A stretch of 64,000 nt of DNA from Eledone cirrhosa. Its lineage: Eukaryota. The notes beneath the pieces are model-generated. The model was not told where the DNA came from. It saw only the letters and a program-made list of their open reading frames with translations, and did not search any database. The stretch is from NCBI GenBank assembly GCA_964016885.1, contig OZ024741.1:32736001-32800000 (forward strand), given 5' to 3'. Shown one piece after another: positions 1-13,986 of this stretch. Positions within the stretch are counted from its first letter, which is position 1. Every line of letters starts with the position of its first letter. Both the position numbers and the translations under genes were made by a program.

Positions 1-172
1 TCGGTAGAGAGTCGAACGCCATGCTTTGCAACATAGAGTTGTGGCTCTTTATGGTCTGAGTTCAAATCCCTCATATGTTAACTTTGCCTTTCATCGTTAC
101 GGGGTCGATAAAATAAAGTACCAGTAATACACTGGAATAATTGCTGGCCTCGTGCCAAAAGTAGAAACATTT
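1..172 (+). mobile_element. tRNA-derived SINE, family A (cut by window start)
   Basis: B-box GAGTTCAAATCC, then conserved body TTTGCCTTTCATC..CGGGGTCGATAAAATAAAGTACCAGT and tail AGTAGAAAC; about 15 copies in the window. Confidence 0.85.
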
Positions 173-204
173 ATTATTATTCACATTATTATAACAGATA
201 GGAT

Positions 205-580
205 AGTGGATTGGCAGAATCCGTAGAGCGATGGACTATAAGCTTTGCCTTCCATCCTTACAGGGTTCATAATATACAGTACAACTAACACACTGGGATC
301 AATTTACTCGACATTTCCCTCCTACAAAATTGTTGACCTTGTGTCTAAATCAGTAACTTGGGGTGGTGAATTGGCAGTATCAGTAGAGCGTCGGGCAGCA
401 TGCTTCGAGGCACAGTGTTACGGCCTTTTGCGTTCTGATTTCAAATCCGCCTGAGGTTACCTATGCCTTTCATTCTTATGGGATGGATAAAATAAATTAT
501 TAGTTATGCACTGGGATCGATCTAATCGACTTTCTCCTCACCTAAAATTATTGGTATTGTGCCTAAATCAGAAACCATTA
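205..580 (+). mobile_element. Two diverged tandem SINE family A copies
   Basis: Heads GTGGATTGGCAGAATCCGTAGAG (~206) and GGTGAATTGGCAGTATCAGTAGAG (~365), each followed by the GCCTT(T)CAT core. Confidence 0.75.
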
Positions 581-725
581 TCATCATTATTATTACAGAT
601 GAAATAGAATTTTTAAAACGGTTGCCGATCACCGATGACAGATAGAATTTTGTTTCTTTTCGCTAACAATTTTGTTTTATCTTTGCTTTTGCAGTTCATT
701 TAATATATTATTATTATTATTATTA

Positions 726-756
<31 letters not shown>

Positions 757-1350
757 GTTTTTTTACATTTTTTTATCTTGACAGTTTTAGTTTCAAGAAA
801 TAATTTTACTCCCTTTGATCTTATCCTTTCCTCTGTAAATGTGATACTAGAACATGTGGAAAGAAATTGAAGGAAAAATAAACATGTTGAGTGACTGCTT
901 ATTACTGTAAATATTCATAATTCGCAGAATCATTCATATATGAAGTTATTTCATTTCTGGGATTTTTCCCCGGTTATTATGTATATGTATATTTACACTT
1001 CTAGTTTATTAATTTAAATATTGGCGTATTTCTTATGTATGAGAATCAAAATCCAGAATGTTTAACTTTTCTTCATACCTTTCCGGAATAAATATTTCAT
1101 TAAAACCTTCAAATCAAAGCTACGTGCTTAGGAGTACGCTTCTACACCTATGTGATATCATATATCATAGATATTTCAGTGAGTGTGACCCCTTGGGTAA
1201 ATAGAAGTGTCTTCTAACAGAGCTTCGTGTTGACTAGCGCCATGATATTGGAAATGTGTTAGATCGAAGCTGTGTGTAATCTCATCGAAGGTGTTATGTG
1301 GAAGACATGTTCCTAATAGATACCACTCTCTAAAAAACTTTCGAACTTAC

Positions 1351-1405
1351 CTTGACCCCACTCAGAGAATCAATTTCTTCTTTCCAGCCAGCAGACTTGC
1401 AGGCC
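1351..1405 (-). CDS. Candidate isolated 55-nt exon (xACKSAGWKEEIDSLSGVK)
   Basis: Minus strand catttcag|...AAG|gtaagt, strong donor, open frame in unique sequence; no homology recognised. Confidence 0.35.
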
Positions 1406-2181
1406 CTGAAATGTGCTACAGTTTCTACGTAGTAACTAATAAATTGATATAAAACAGTACAAAACACAAGAAACTTACACGGGGTGGAATTCGTCCTCAA
1501 ATTAATGAAATACTTATTAATTGTTGGGCTGTTATAATTGTTTCAGAGTTGGGCACATATTTTGCGGTGTGTGTACCGGCTTTTTAAGATTTTAGTATAA
1601 CTCATGTCAAAAGCTACTTGGTTTTTATATATCACCCAAAATAACGCAAATAGCCGGACTAGACACCACACATCAGTTCAGCTGGCATTCTTGCAAGCTC
1701 TCCAATCCACTGTCTTGGAATTGTATTATATTTTAATGACTCCGAATGAATGGAAAACCTCGGCAATATTTGAACATGGAACGTAGCGATCAGAATTAAA
1801 TGCAACAAAACATTTGAACATACGCACTAACATCAGCTGAAGAAAGCTAAAAAACATAGTCAAACATACACACTAATAAACATACAGTTAGATACATAAG
1901 AGAAAATACTCATGTTATTGTTTCTATTGTTGTGGTTAATTCATGTTGGTCATCACTGATTGTGTTGTTGTTGTGTGAGTGTGTGTGTGTATGAATGCAT
2001 GTATACATGCATGTATGTATATATGTATGAATGCATGTATGTGTGTATGAATGTATGTGTATGTGAATGTATGTATGTAAGTATGTATTTATGTTAGTTG
2101 TATGTATATATGTATGGAAGTATGCATATCTGTAAGTACGTATGTATGTATCTATGGTGTATCTATATATGTATGGATGTC

Positions 2182-2522
2182 TTAATGAAGACTAGGAGTC
2201 TCTCGCTCAAAAAAAAAAAAGAAAGAATGCCACTCGGATATAAAACCTACTACTTCATCTACATCCAATGATGTAGACCAGTTCTTCTTTTTGGGTAAAT
2301 GCATTTGACGTTCAGGGAGTGCGTGTGGGCCCGTGCAAAGGCTTTCCTCTCTTAAGAAAGCTTCAAGCACAGGCGTCGCTTGATATGTGATATTTTCAGC
2401 GATGCATGGTATTGCTGGCCATAGCCCAGTCCCTAGCAGGACTAAAAAAGCCACGTCTGTGATGCTCATGCTTAAATATCAAGCGATGCCATTACTCGAA
2501 TTGAGTTGCAGCTATCATCTGT
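2182..2522 (+). mobile_element. 3' end of RTE-like LINE (degenerate C2H2 tail)
   Basis: Similar to 18380-18775 (TCCAATGATGT.GAC..GTTCTTCTTTTTGG); LAGLKSH-like remnant; ends GCAGCTATCAT into (TATG)n. Confidence 0.6.
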
Positions 2523-2539
2523 ATGTATGTACGTATGTA

Positions 2540-3330
2540 TGGAGAGTTGGTTAAAGGAAAACAACCGCCACTAAACCAAAAAAGAGGTATAAGGATTCCT
2601 TGAAAGCCTCTCTGAAAGACGCTAACATCTCTGCTGATACATGGGAAAATATTGCTGCTGATCGTAATAAATGGAGAAAGACTGGATATGAGAGAAAAGT
2701 TGCCTTTGAGGCATCTCGAATCGCACACGAGAAAGTAAAGCGGGATGTGAGGAAGGGCATTGCTGTTGCACTTCCAGACGGCGAGGGTCCTCCTATGGTG
2801 CTCCCATGCAGCGTCTGTGCGAGACTCTGCCTAAGCAAAGCTGGACTCGAAAGTTATCTTCGCAGTCATAAAGTAAGACCAGTGGTTGACTACCAGGCTG
2901 CTGTTGGAGATGCTACTCATCATGCTTGCCAAACATGTGGTAGAGAATGTAAATTAGCAGGAGGGCTCAAGCGACATGAAAAAGTACACGAACTCCAACC
3001 ACAGCCGACTATTCCCAGTGAATGTTTTGGTTGCCGACTCTGTGCAAGACATTTTAGATCATTGGATGGGCTAAAAAGCCACATTCGATCGCAGCGCTGT
3101 TAGTTGCTATCGTGTGTGTGTATAGATATGCCTATGTGTGTGCTTGTATGTGTATATATATATGTATATGTATATTATTATTGTTGTTGTCTTTATTATT
3201 ATTATTATTGTTATTAATGTATGTGTGTGTGTGTGTGTGTGTATGTGTATATATATATATATTTTTTATTTTTTTTTATTTATTTATTAATTTTTTTTTT
3301 CTCCTCGATAACGAGGGGGCAGCCATCATG
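2540..3330 (+). mobile_element. 5'-truncated RTE-like LINE with three C-terminal C2H2-like zinc fingers
   Basis: KRYKDSLKASLK..TWENIAADRNKWR is the typical RTE C-terminal motif; followed by CSVC, CQTC..H..H and CRLC..KSH; tail CTCGATAACGAGGGGGCAGCCATCAT into (TGTA)n. Confidence 0.8.
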
Positions 3331-3374
3331 TATGTATGTATGTATATATGTATGTATGATATAAAACCTGCGGC

Positions 3375-3585
3375 TCAGTAGTTACCGATGATGTTGTTCT
3401 TTTCTTCTTTTCGGGTTATAGCTACTGTCGCTCAGAGAGTGGGATTGGCTCAGTGCTCAGTTTTTCCTCACTTAAAAAAAATCTTCATGCACAGTCATTA
3501 CATGATAGCATTAATTGATAATAGTTAATAATGTTATATCGTGTAATGGCCATACTTGATAACGTGGGGGCAGCCATCATCATGT
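3375..3585 (+). mobile_element. Third short RTE-like 3' terminus
   Basis: Ends CTTGATAACGTGGGGGCAGCCATCAT followed by (TGTA)n, same tail as at 3330. Confidence 0.6.
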
Positions 3586-4261
3586 ATGTATATATGTATA
3601 TATGTCTGTATGTACGTACGCATGTATGTATATAAGTATACATGTATGTATGTATGTAAGTAAGTATGTATGTATGTTTAATGGCATTTGTTATATGCCT
3701 CCAAAACTACGGTTTCTTTTTCTTTTTTTCATACTCCTGTTTATCATTAGAGCGAGTACATTTCAGGAATCACTTTATTTGTTGTGGATATTGGTTTGTC
3801 ATTGCTGTTGTTGTTTAGCCCCGGGCCATCTTTGATGCGGCACACTTAGGATCAAAGACATCCAATGAAAGATCAAACTGTATTTTTAAGAGGGATGTCT
3901 AAGTATACATTAAAAAAATGGATCATTCCTTTATGAAAGAATATTTTCCGTATGATTTGTGAGATATTTCAATATTATTTCTAACAAATTGTGTGACCAG
4001 GTAGATGTTCTACCATCGGTTAGAGCACATTCTTCAAATAACTCAGGTTATTCGTTACCTTGGCAATCTATTTGTCAGTTCGGTCAGAAAATACCAGATT
4101 GACGTATTAATAGAAAACAAATAAGAAATGCATTTATTTCTATTCTCAAGTTTTTCTGCCATTTATATTTTATTCTCTTCTATTTTCTCCCCCCTCCCTC
4201 TTTTATCTCTCTTTCTCTCACACACACATTCTATATCTATCTATCTATCTATCTATCTATC

Positions 4262-4444
4262 ATGAAAATAATCGAAAATAACCTCAAAAGGGAGAGGACG
4301 TGATGGGGGTTGCACACACACCCGAAAAAGTGTGCAATCCTTTGCCCGGGGAGCACATGGAGAAGGTTCTCCCCTCTCCTTTACTTCTTTACCTACAGGA
4401 TTGTATTTGTCCCTTCTTTTTATGCCTTTATGGTAAATAAAGAA

Positions 4445-4446
<2 letters not shown>
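4262..4446. mobile_element. Tx1/L1-like 3'UTR fragment with internal inversion
   Basis: 4285-4398 matches 51365-51478 in the same orientation (antisense UTR), then a sense tail AATAAAGAAA into (TCTA)n. Confidence 0.5.
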
Positions 4447-4483
<37 letters not shown>

Positions 4484-4606
4484 CAACTATCTATATATCT
4501 ATCTACCTCTATGCTTATCTCAATCTCTCTCTATCTCTCTGTCTATCTATCTATCTATCTATCCATCTCTCTATCTCTCTCCCCATTTATCTATCTCTAT
4601 CCCTCC

Positions 4607-4686
<80 letters not shown>

Positions 4687-4712
4687 ACCTATCTATCTAT
4701 CTCACTCTCTCT
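4446..4712. repeat. (TCTA)n/(TC)n compound microsatellite
   Basis: Direct inspection. Confidence 0.95.
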
Positions 4713-6339
4713 AGTTTACATACACACTACCCACTCACTCTTCCTCTCTTCTCTCAACTCTATTCTTTTCATCATTCCACCAACATCTGTTTCTGACTAC
4801 ATTTTTTGTCTTTGATCTTAGTCACTCCTCATTCTCACTCACCTTTTCACTCTCTCTATATCCATTTCTCCCTCCCCTTCTACCTCATTTCTCTTTTATC
4901 TTTATTTTATCTTTCAATATCTCTTTTCGTTTGAAATTTGTTTAGTTCATATTGATATTTTTGTTTTCGTTCTTTCGCAAATCACTTTAAAAATCGCCAT
5001 TGATATTTGTCAGCGCATATTGCAGTCAAATATTTGAACTTAGAAGAATCTGCAGTAATGGCTAAATGTTCTTCAGTTCTTGTGCCATTGCCAAAACTAA
5101 ATGGAAAGCCCAAAATATATTACAACAACTAACATCAAGAGTTGAAGGGAATGCTAAACTGCTAGAAATAACAGCCGAAATAACTTCAAATCAAACCCTA
5201 TCACGATGAATAGGACAGGAATGTATACTAAGACGCGTATTGATTCCTTTCACTAGTTAACTTTAAAAAAACTGATACGCTTGCGTCAGCCTGGTCTTTA
5301 TTGCCCAAAATATTTGGTCAATTAATATGTAGGTATTAAATACCTGTGATCCAATTTTGAATAACACTAGATGTTCTTGTCTATTAATTATTTGAAGCTC
5401 TCAATTGTTCATCGTGTACGGTGAGTGCTTATTTAGACCTTGGGGGCTGGGGCATTTCATCTTTGGGGGGCCTCTCATACTCAAGAAATTATACTACATA
5501 GCAAACCTCCAATTTTACATATCAAAGCCAGCTTGGCATAAATAATTGGAATTGAAAAGCCATAATACAGGTATTAATTAAAAAAATTCTAACCACCCTA
5601 AATCTAAAACGCCCAGCAGAGGGCACAAATAAATTGGCACAGCGGTCACTGTTGCACCCTCCCACTATAGTTGTGCCGCGAAGCAAGTGCCTATGTTGCC
5701 CCTCCTCCCATTAAATCCGACCCTGCCTACGTCATTAGGTAACGTAGATCTGCTGGATCCTCCACTGGTTTCTCTGATGAGCATTCAACCTTTCTATCAA
5801 CTGAGCACCCATATCCTCATTTAATGCGTAAGTAGTTGAGTATTTCAGAGACACGTGTAGCTTTAACGTAGTTCTCAGAGAGATTAAGCGTGACAAAATA
5901 TATTACCAGTCTGGAACATTCAATTATAACCCCAATCAATTCGACGGGCTTCCGCACTCCTTCCCTCTATTCACTTTCACTTATAAGACATGTTGAGTAC
6001 ATCCGAAGCAATGGTAACGATACTTATCTATGATGTCATGGAGTGGGATCGAAGCTCAAACCACACGATTGCAGATAGAACTTCTTAACCTTACACCCTT
6101 ACATGTGAAACCTTGCATACCTAGCGAACCTAAGGTTTTAACGGATACTTTTTTGGTGCTACTTTGTAGATCTTTATTGTTATTTATTTTCTTGTGGGTA
6201 ATTTTGCCATTTTACTTGATGTAAATGCCACGATACCTAAAGTCAATATTAAACCAGAGAAATCATTAGGTAAGTGTTTATCCCGTCTTCGTGACGATAA
6301 GCGACTGAGAATAGAAAACTTCCCCTACACAGGGCACCA

Positions 6340-6512
6340 GTCCTTCGCAGGGTTAAACCACCCAACTATTGCTGGTAGGAACTTTCAGCTGAGTGTACTG
6401 GAGCAACGTGAAATGTAGTGTTTTGCTCAACAACGCAACACGCGACACAGCCCTGGAATCGAAGACACGACATTATAATCGCAAGTCCAACAGCCTTGCC
6501 ACTACGTATATG
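6340..6512 (-). mobile_element. tRNA-derived SINE, family B (diverged)
   Basis: Reverse complement resembles 23340-23480 (TTGAGCAA.ACA.TA.TTCACGTTGCT.CAGT..ACTCAG). Confidence 0.55.
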
Positions 6513-7038
6513 GCTTGTTTAACTTTCTGTATGGAACGCCTTGAAATTTTTAGAGGTGCGGCCCGCCATATGATGAGTCATACCCTATGCGGCCTGCTGC
6601 TCGAAAAAGGTTGCCTATGCTTGGTCAATGCCGAGAGATGTTCCATGGGAGTTGTGACTGAAAATACAGAAGACAGACATGTTCTTCTTCAGCCAACCCC
6701 TCAGTGAACTTTTCTATTTCCACCTAAATGATGATGATGGTGGTGGTGATGGTGATGATGATGATAATCAGAAAAATATAACAATGAACACGGTGAGAGT
6801 AGAGCGAAGAGAGTAAATTTTATGAAAATAGGATACAGCCCAGAAAATGACCTCTATTATGGCTTCACATTGAATATACAGCTGAAGACTGAGGAAAATA
6901 ACTGGACGAAAGCACTATATTTGGTGTATCAAAATAATACGTTGTTGTGCATGGGGTGACCCGAATATCTTTGAAGTTCCATTTACTGTACCCTACTTTG
7001 TTTTGTACTGTTTATTATATTCATTAGTACATATTTAT

Positions 7039-7230
7039 TGGTGCTGGATTGGCACTATCGTTAGAGGGTCGGACGCCATGCTTTGCAACATGGAGTTACG
7101 GTCCTTTACGATCTGAGTTCAAATCCCGCCGAGATTAACTTTGCCTTTCATCCTTACGGGGTCGATAAAATAAAGTACCAGTAATGCACTGTTAATTGCT
7201 GCCCTTTTTGCCAAAAGTAGAAACAATTAT
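7039..7230 (+). mobile_element. SINE family A, full length
   Basis: A-box-like TGGCACTATCGT, B-box GAGTTCAAATCC, core and tail. Confidence 0.9.
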
Positions 7231-7500
7231 TACCTATTAATCATTATGTACTTACTGTTATTTCTAAATCCCATATAAATCTCCCATTCTTTAGCTTCTT
7301 GCTTTCCTATGTAATTCGATGTTTCACGGTCCACAGCGTTTGGAAGTCATATGGGGAATAAATGAAATTACTATTATGGCAGAATCAGCAGAGCGTCGTG
7401 CTAAATCACACGGTGTTTGTTCCGTCGTCTACGTTCTGAGATCAAAAGTACCAGTTAAGAAATGTGGTCGCAGTAACTGACTTTTCCCTTTCCTATAAAT

Positions 7501-7841
7501 TACGAAGGTTGGCTGAAAAGTACATAGGCTGACTATGACGGAGTGATGCTAGAGATGTGAAATGTTGCATGCATTAAATTCAACTCTTCTTATTAATAAC
7601 TAACTTGTTTCTTCTTTCCAGGGACTATGTTGGAAAATAAACCTCATTTGGTCATTCCATGAGAGTATCTTGGTCAACGTATGAAGGAGTGATGCTATAG
7701 CTATAACATGCATTAATTTCAACTCCTCTTATTAATAATTGCATTGTTTCTTTCCAGAGACTATGTTGAGAAATACCCTTATTTGGTTATTCCATGAGAG
7801 TATCTTGATCAGCTAATGAAATCTTCATCCGACCCTCCTAG
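7501..7841. mobile_element. Mariner-type MITE with internal ~140-bp tandem duplication
   Basis: Degenerate TIRs TACGAAGGTTGGCTGAA / TTCATCCGACCCTCCTA; duplicated GGAGTGATGCTA...CCATGAGAGTATCTTG. Confidence 0.55.
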
Positions 7842-8151
7842 TAGCCTCGTGTCTATGTTAGATTTAATTATAACTATTATTACTGAAATTATTATTGTAA
7901 TACATTGTCATAAATTGTTTCAGACGAGGAGCACATTAGAGTGTGACTTGATATACAAATAATGCGTGAGGTTACAGAGTGTAAAGAATAGAGAACAACC
8001 TATAAATATAGTGTAGGTATAGAAATATCTGTTTCTACATTAAAACTGATGCTGTACCTGGTGGGTTTACTACAAATAGTAATATTGTTGATTATAATAA
8101 TGGCAACAGTAATAATGACGAGGAAGTTGATGATGATGATGATCGTAATGA

Positions 8152-8185
<34 letters not shown>

Positions 8186-8244
8186 GATGGTGATGTTGAT
8201 CATAACCAGAAAAATATAACAATGAACACGATGATAATCGTTTC

Positions 8245-8292
<48 letters not shown>

Positions 8293-8307
8293 TAATAATA
8301 ATAATAA

Positions 8308-11115
8308 TGCGGTGAGGAAATTACTTGGCATAAAAGCGAGAGGAAACAACAAACAAGAAATATCAGAACCTTGGTGGAAGAAACGACTGAATGGTCAAAT
8401 CAGGGAAATGAGAAATGACATTGGAAAGCTTGAGTCCCTACTGAAAGGGACACTAAAAAACATAGACACTAAAAATAGACTGGAAATAAAGTACAAAACT
8501 AGGAGGAAAAAACTAAATATTATCATAGAGGAACTGTAGCAACGCATTGTAGCAAAGAGTGCAAACATTAGGCGATACGAGAGCAGAGTCAGTCAGTAAA
8601 GACAGAACCGCATGTTTGACAACAACCAGAAGATGCTGTTTGGACAGCTTGAAGGGAAAGAAAGAGGCAACGACTTGATCCCTGAGGCGGAACAAACTAA
8701 GACATTCTGGAGAGGAATATGGGAGCAGGATGTTAAACATAATGACCAGGCAGTGTGGTTTGAGACAGTACAAAAGGAGATTAGTGAACAGGCACACCAA
8801 CAAACTGATTTGAGTATCACAGTTGAAACTCTTAAGGGGCAGGCCAAAAAACTAACCAACTGGAAATCACCAGGCCCAGATGGCGTGCAGGGGTATTGGA
8901 TTAAAAATATAACATCCCTCCACCCGAAACTGACAACCATGTTCAATGACTGCTTGATGTCAGGTGAGGTACCAGAGTGGTAGACAAAAGGTACCACAGT
9001 TCTGGTAATGAAAGACCGAATCAAGGGTAATGATATTACCAACTATAGACCTATCACATGTCTGTCCGTAATGTGGAAACTGTTGACAAGCATTATGTCT
9101 GAGAAAATCTACCATCACCTCCACACAAACAACTTGTTACCGGACGAACAGAAAGGATGCCGAAAGAATCCCGTGGTACAAAGGACCAGTTACTTATTGA
9201 TAAGATGGTAATGAGGAATTGCAAGAGGAGACACACTGGTCTTGCCATGGGATGGATAGACTACAAAAAGGCATTTGACATGGTGCCTCATTCTTAGATC
9301 ACCAAAAGCCTACAGATCTTCAAGGTGGCAGATAACATCAGACAGTTGTTGGGCAAAAGTATGAAGTCCTAGAAAACAGGGTTAACATCAGCTGGAGAAT
9401 CCCTGGGAGGCGTGAAGATCAAGAGAGGTATCTTCCAGGGAGGTTGTCTGTCCCCTCTGTTGTTTGTCCTTGCCCTGATGCCCCTGACCATTATACTGCG
9501 AACAGTGAGAGCAGGATACAAGTTGGGAAAGGGAGAGCTTACCATCAATCACCTCCTCTTCATGGACGATCTTAAGCTCTTCGGGAAGAGTGAGAAGGAG
9601 TTGGATGTGCTTGTTGACACTGTCCGTATTTTCAGCAATGATATATGTATGCAATTTGGTATTAGTAAGTGTGGAGTTCTTGTGGTGAAGAAGGGTAAAT
9701 TGAGCAGAAGCAACGGAATCCAGGTACCAACAGCTGAGATTATAAAGGAAATTGACACTGAAGAAGGATTCAGATATTTAGGTGTTCTGGAGGCTGATGA
9801 CATCAATAACAAAAAAAATGAAGGAATTGATAAGATCTGAATACATTCGGAGAGTAAGGAGCGTATTAAAGTCACATCTGAACAGTAGGAATACCATAAG
9901 TGCAGTAAATTCCCGAGCTGTGTCTATTATTAGGTACAGTGCGGGAATTCTGAGATGGAATGTTGCTGAACAAAAAGAAATGGATAGGAAAACTGGGAAG
10001 CTTTTGAATATCTACAACATGTTCCACAAGAGGAATGATGTCGATAGACTCTACTTAAGGAGATCTGAAGGTGGAAGAGGTCTTATCAGCATAGAGGACT
10101 GTGTTCAGATGGAGAAAAACAACCTACACAAATACGTGACTGATAGTAAGGAGCCAATGCTCAGAATTGTACTGAAGGAGAGGACAATAGACCAAGGTAT
10201 GTCCAAGGAGGAAATAACAAGAAGGAGAAAGAGAAGCCTTCATGAAAAATCCCTTCATAGTACCTTCTTTGAGAAAACTGAATTCAGAGATCCACAGACA
10301 TGGAACTGGTTGAAAAGAGGAGACCTTAAAAAGGCTATAGTAGGAATGCTAATGACTGTGCAAGAGCAGGCCCTCAAAACGAAGTGGTTGAAACACCATA
10401 TTTACAAGGAGGAGGCTAGCCCACTGTGCAGGATCTGTGGAGAGAGAGAGAGGAGACTGTGGCTCACATTGTATCCGAGTGTAAACACATAGCCCAGACT
10501 CACTATAAGGGCTGGAGACATGATGTGATGGGCAGGGTGATCCACTGGCACCTATGCAAAGTAAACAATTTACCACATTCTGAGATGTTGTATGAGCATA
10601 AGCCAGAGTCGGTGATAGAAAACGATCAGGTGAAGGTGCTGTGGGATTTTTGGATACAGACGGACAAGAAACTGGAACACAATAGATCTGACCTGATGGT
10701 TTTGGACAAGGAAAAATTATCGTGTCTAATTGTGGATGTGGTCTGCCCATTCGACACGAGGGAGAAAATTAACCGAGGGAGAAAATTAACCGATACCATG
10801 ACTTAAAGTGGGAGGTCAAAAGGACTTGGAACTGCCATGAAGTCAAAGTGGTCCCGATTGTCATAAGCACACTAGGTACTATCTCAAAAAGTTTCCAGGG
10901 ATGGTTAAAGAAAATTGGCCCCGCCCCGCTTTTTGGAACACTTCAAAGGCATGCTTGCTGGGAACAGCAAGAACCCTCCGATACGTCCTCAATATCTGAG
11001 GCTGCAGGTAGTGGCTTGATATTAATCTCAACAAACTTTCCAGTTAACAAACATCAATGACTGAGACTCAAAGAACAATAATAATAATAATAATATAGTA
11101 ATAATAATGATAATA
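8308..11115 (+). mobile_element. 5'-truncated, decayed R4/Dong-like non-LTR retrotransposon (RT + CCHC + RLE)
   Basis: [66 protein letters not shown]; multiple stops and frameshifts; flanked both sides by (TAA)n, the known Dong target. Confidence 0.93.
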
Positions 11116-11319
11116 ATAGTTATTTATTTGCTTCCAGTGTCCATATATAGGTAGAGAACGTGTTACAAAGAGGTTTACAGAACGTGTAGTTATGTACGTA
11201 TATATATATATATATATATATATTGTAGAGTTAAACAAAATTCAATGCGTATATCAAAGAATGAGTTTTACAGTAGATTAGAAGCACTATACGGTAAAAT
11301 AATTTTCCGGGGGTTATTA

Positions 11320-11555
11320 ATATTAGAATATAAATATTAATAAAATAGATGTTCTTTTGATCAATTACATTTTATTATACATATTTCGGGTGTACAACTA
11401 CTTTGATTAAATCTTAACCATTTAACATCTCAGGGTATGTCATGTATCATTATATTTTGTCTGATGAGGACGTACTGTTGTACATCCGAAATATGTATAA
11501 TAAAATGTAATTGATCAAAAGAACATCTATTTTATTAATATTTATATTCTAATAT
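11320..11555. mobile_element. Fold-back PLE pseudo-LTR (~80-bp inverted arms) between TA tracts
   Basis: 11320-11398 is the near-perfect reverse complement of ~11477-11555. Confidence 0.8.
11454..11506 (+). ncRNA. Minimal type I hammerhead ribozyme motif
   Basis: attttgt CTGATGA ggacgtac-tgtt-gtacatcc GAAA tatgta TA ataaaat; stems I and II pair by hand. Confidence 0.8.
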
Positions 11556-11574
11556 ATATATATATATATATAAA

Positions 11575-12249
11575 AAAAGATGAAATCGAAAATGCAACTG
11601 GAGTCTTATTTTTTTTTAAATATATATATTTATATGGTTCCTTTACCGGTTTCGCAGTTCTTCTGCTTTTCAAAATTAGAGTTGAGATGGAGGGTCTGTG
11701 ATATTTCTCACATCTGGTTGGTCTTTGAATGTTACTTGTTTTATATGGAAAAAAGTGGCTCGAAAGGCCAGGTTTTTAGAGAAGTAATTTGATTGGTTGG
11801 TCAATAATTATAATAAATTTCGCGCCAGTTCGCGTTACAAAGTTCTTCAGAAACAGCGGGGGGGGGGGGGGGGGTCTCACGTTGTTTTTTCATATATGAG
11901 TGTTTGAATTTCTTTTTACTTAAAGAAAAGGGACTCACGAAGGCTTTTTTTTAATAAACGTAATTTGATTGGTTATAAATGAAATTATGGCTGTCACGCG
12001 AACAAGTTTTCATTAAATTTCGCGCCCTTATTTGGAAATCTATTCTGTAGCCCTTTTAGAGAATTTTATGAGAAGCAAAATAGGATGGGAGAATTGTTCT
12101 GGTTCAGTGAATATGGTTAGTTCGCTGGGTTGTCAGAATTCAGATTTCCTATTGAAATAAAGAATGTAAAGATATGTATGTTTATTTGTGTGCTTGTGTG
12201 CGTGTGTGTGTGTGTATGTATGTATGTATGTATGTGTGTGTGTGTGTGT

Positions 12250-12292
<43 letters not shown>

Positions 12293-13899
12293 GTATGTGT
12301 GTGTGTTTGAATTTATTTTTACTTTAAAAAAAGGTGCTCACGAAGGCTTTTTTTAATAAACGTAATTTGATTGGTTATAAAGGAAATTATGGCTGTCACG
12401 TGAACAAGTTTTCATTAAATTTGCTTCCGTATTTGGAAATCTATTCTGTAGCCTTTTTAAAGAATTTTATCACAAGCAAAAGATAATGGTCAAGAGAAAT
12501 GGGCTGGGAGAATTGTTCTGGTTCAGTGAATATGGTTAGTTCGCTGGGGTGTCACAATTCAGATTTTCTATTGAGATAAAGAGAGTAAAGATATGTATGT
12601 TTATTTGTGTGATTGCGTGTGTGTGTGTGTGTGTATTGGAAGATGATTTTATTAGTAGAAATGTGGGGAGGGAGTTGTGTGTGTGTGTGTATATGGGTGT
12701 TATGTGTGTGTGTGGGGGGGGGAGTATGTTAAGATGGAGAGAATATATATATTTTGTGTGTGTGTATGTATGTGTCTTTTTGGATGGTTAGCATGTTATG
12801 GTGTTGACATAATGTATATTAAACCATATTCAATGCTGGTCTACATTTTTGAATAAACATATTTTCCTTATTTATTCGTATTTATTCTGTTGTATTGTTA
12901 GCGCAAAGGTAAAATGTGAAGACTTGGAATTTGGGTGTCTTATTACTTGCGCATACGTCTAGATGTGCGCTTAGTGGTATCTGTCTCGTGGTTGGATCTC
13001 GAAGTTGTTGGCGATGAACTGTCTTCTGTTTCTGAGTGTGAGTTTAGTTTGTCCTATATAATCTTCATTGCATCCTTTACATTTAATGGCATAAAGTAGA
13101 TTTTTTGATGAGCAAGTGAAGTTATATTTTACAGCAAAATATATAAATGTATACGTGTTGCCTTCAATAAGGTGAGTGCAGGTTCCACAATTAGAGCCAC
13201 CACATTTTTTGACAGTTGGTTGTGGGTTTGTGGTAGGTAATTTGGCATTGGTGTGTAATGTTTTCAGGGATTTCGGTTGTCTTTTGCTTTTAATTATTTT
13301 GTGTGTTTCAAGGGCTTTTTTTCATTCTAGGGTCTTGTTTTAGTAGTGGGATGTTCTAGTGAATAGTGTTGTAAGCTTCCGCATTTCTTGGGTTGTGTGT
13401 TGAGATATATGATAGAATATTGGACGTACCTTGAATTTGTTTCTGTTTTCGTAATTCATCAATGCCTATTGCTTTAGCCCTTTCTATTCCATTATTTATC
13501 AGTAATGGTGGGTACTGTCTTTCGAGTAGAATTTCCTTTAATTCTTGAAGTCTTTTATTTCGCGTTTCATAATTGGAGACAATTGTGCAAATTCTTCTTG
13601 CTAGGTTAGAAGTAATGTTCGTCTTCGTGTGCTTTGGATGGTTGGTGGTGAATAGCAGGTATTGTTTGGAATCTGTTGGTTTGTAGTGAATGTAAGTTTC
13701 AATATTTGTGTCTTTTTTAAGATTAAGATGTCCAGAAATGGGAGTTGATCTTGGCTGTATTCCATTGTGATTTCCAAATACGGGCGCAAAATTTAATGAC
13801 AATATGTTCACGTGACAACCATAATTTCATTTATAACCAATCAAATTACGTTTATTAACAAAAGCCTTCATGAGCCCCTTTTTGTAAGTAAAATAAATT

Positions 13900-13986
<87 letters not shown>

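Noticed and set aside
2600-3103. Host C2H2 zinc-finger gene
   Set aside because: In frame with an RTE C-terminal motif and followed by a repeated retroelement tail
6880-6925. CTGAAGA...GAAAGCACTA hammerhead-like string
   Set aside because: Stems I and II do not pair convincingly
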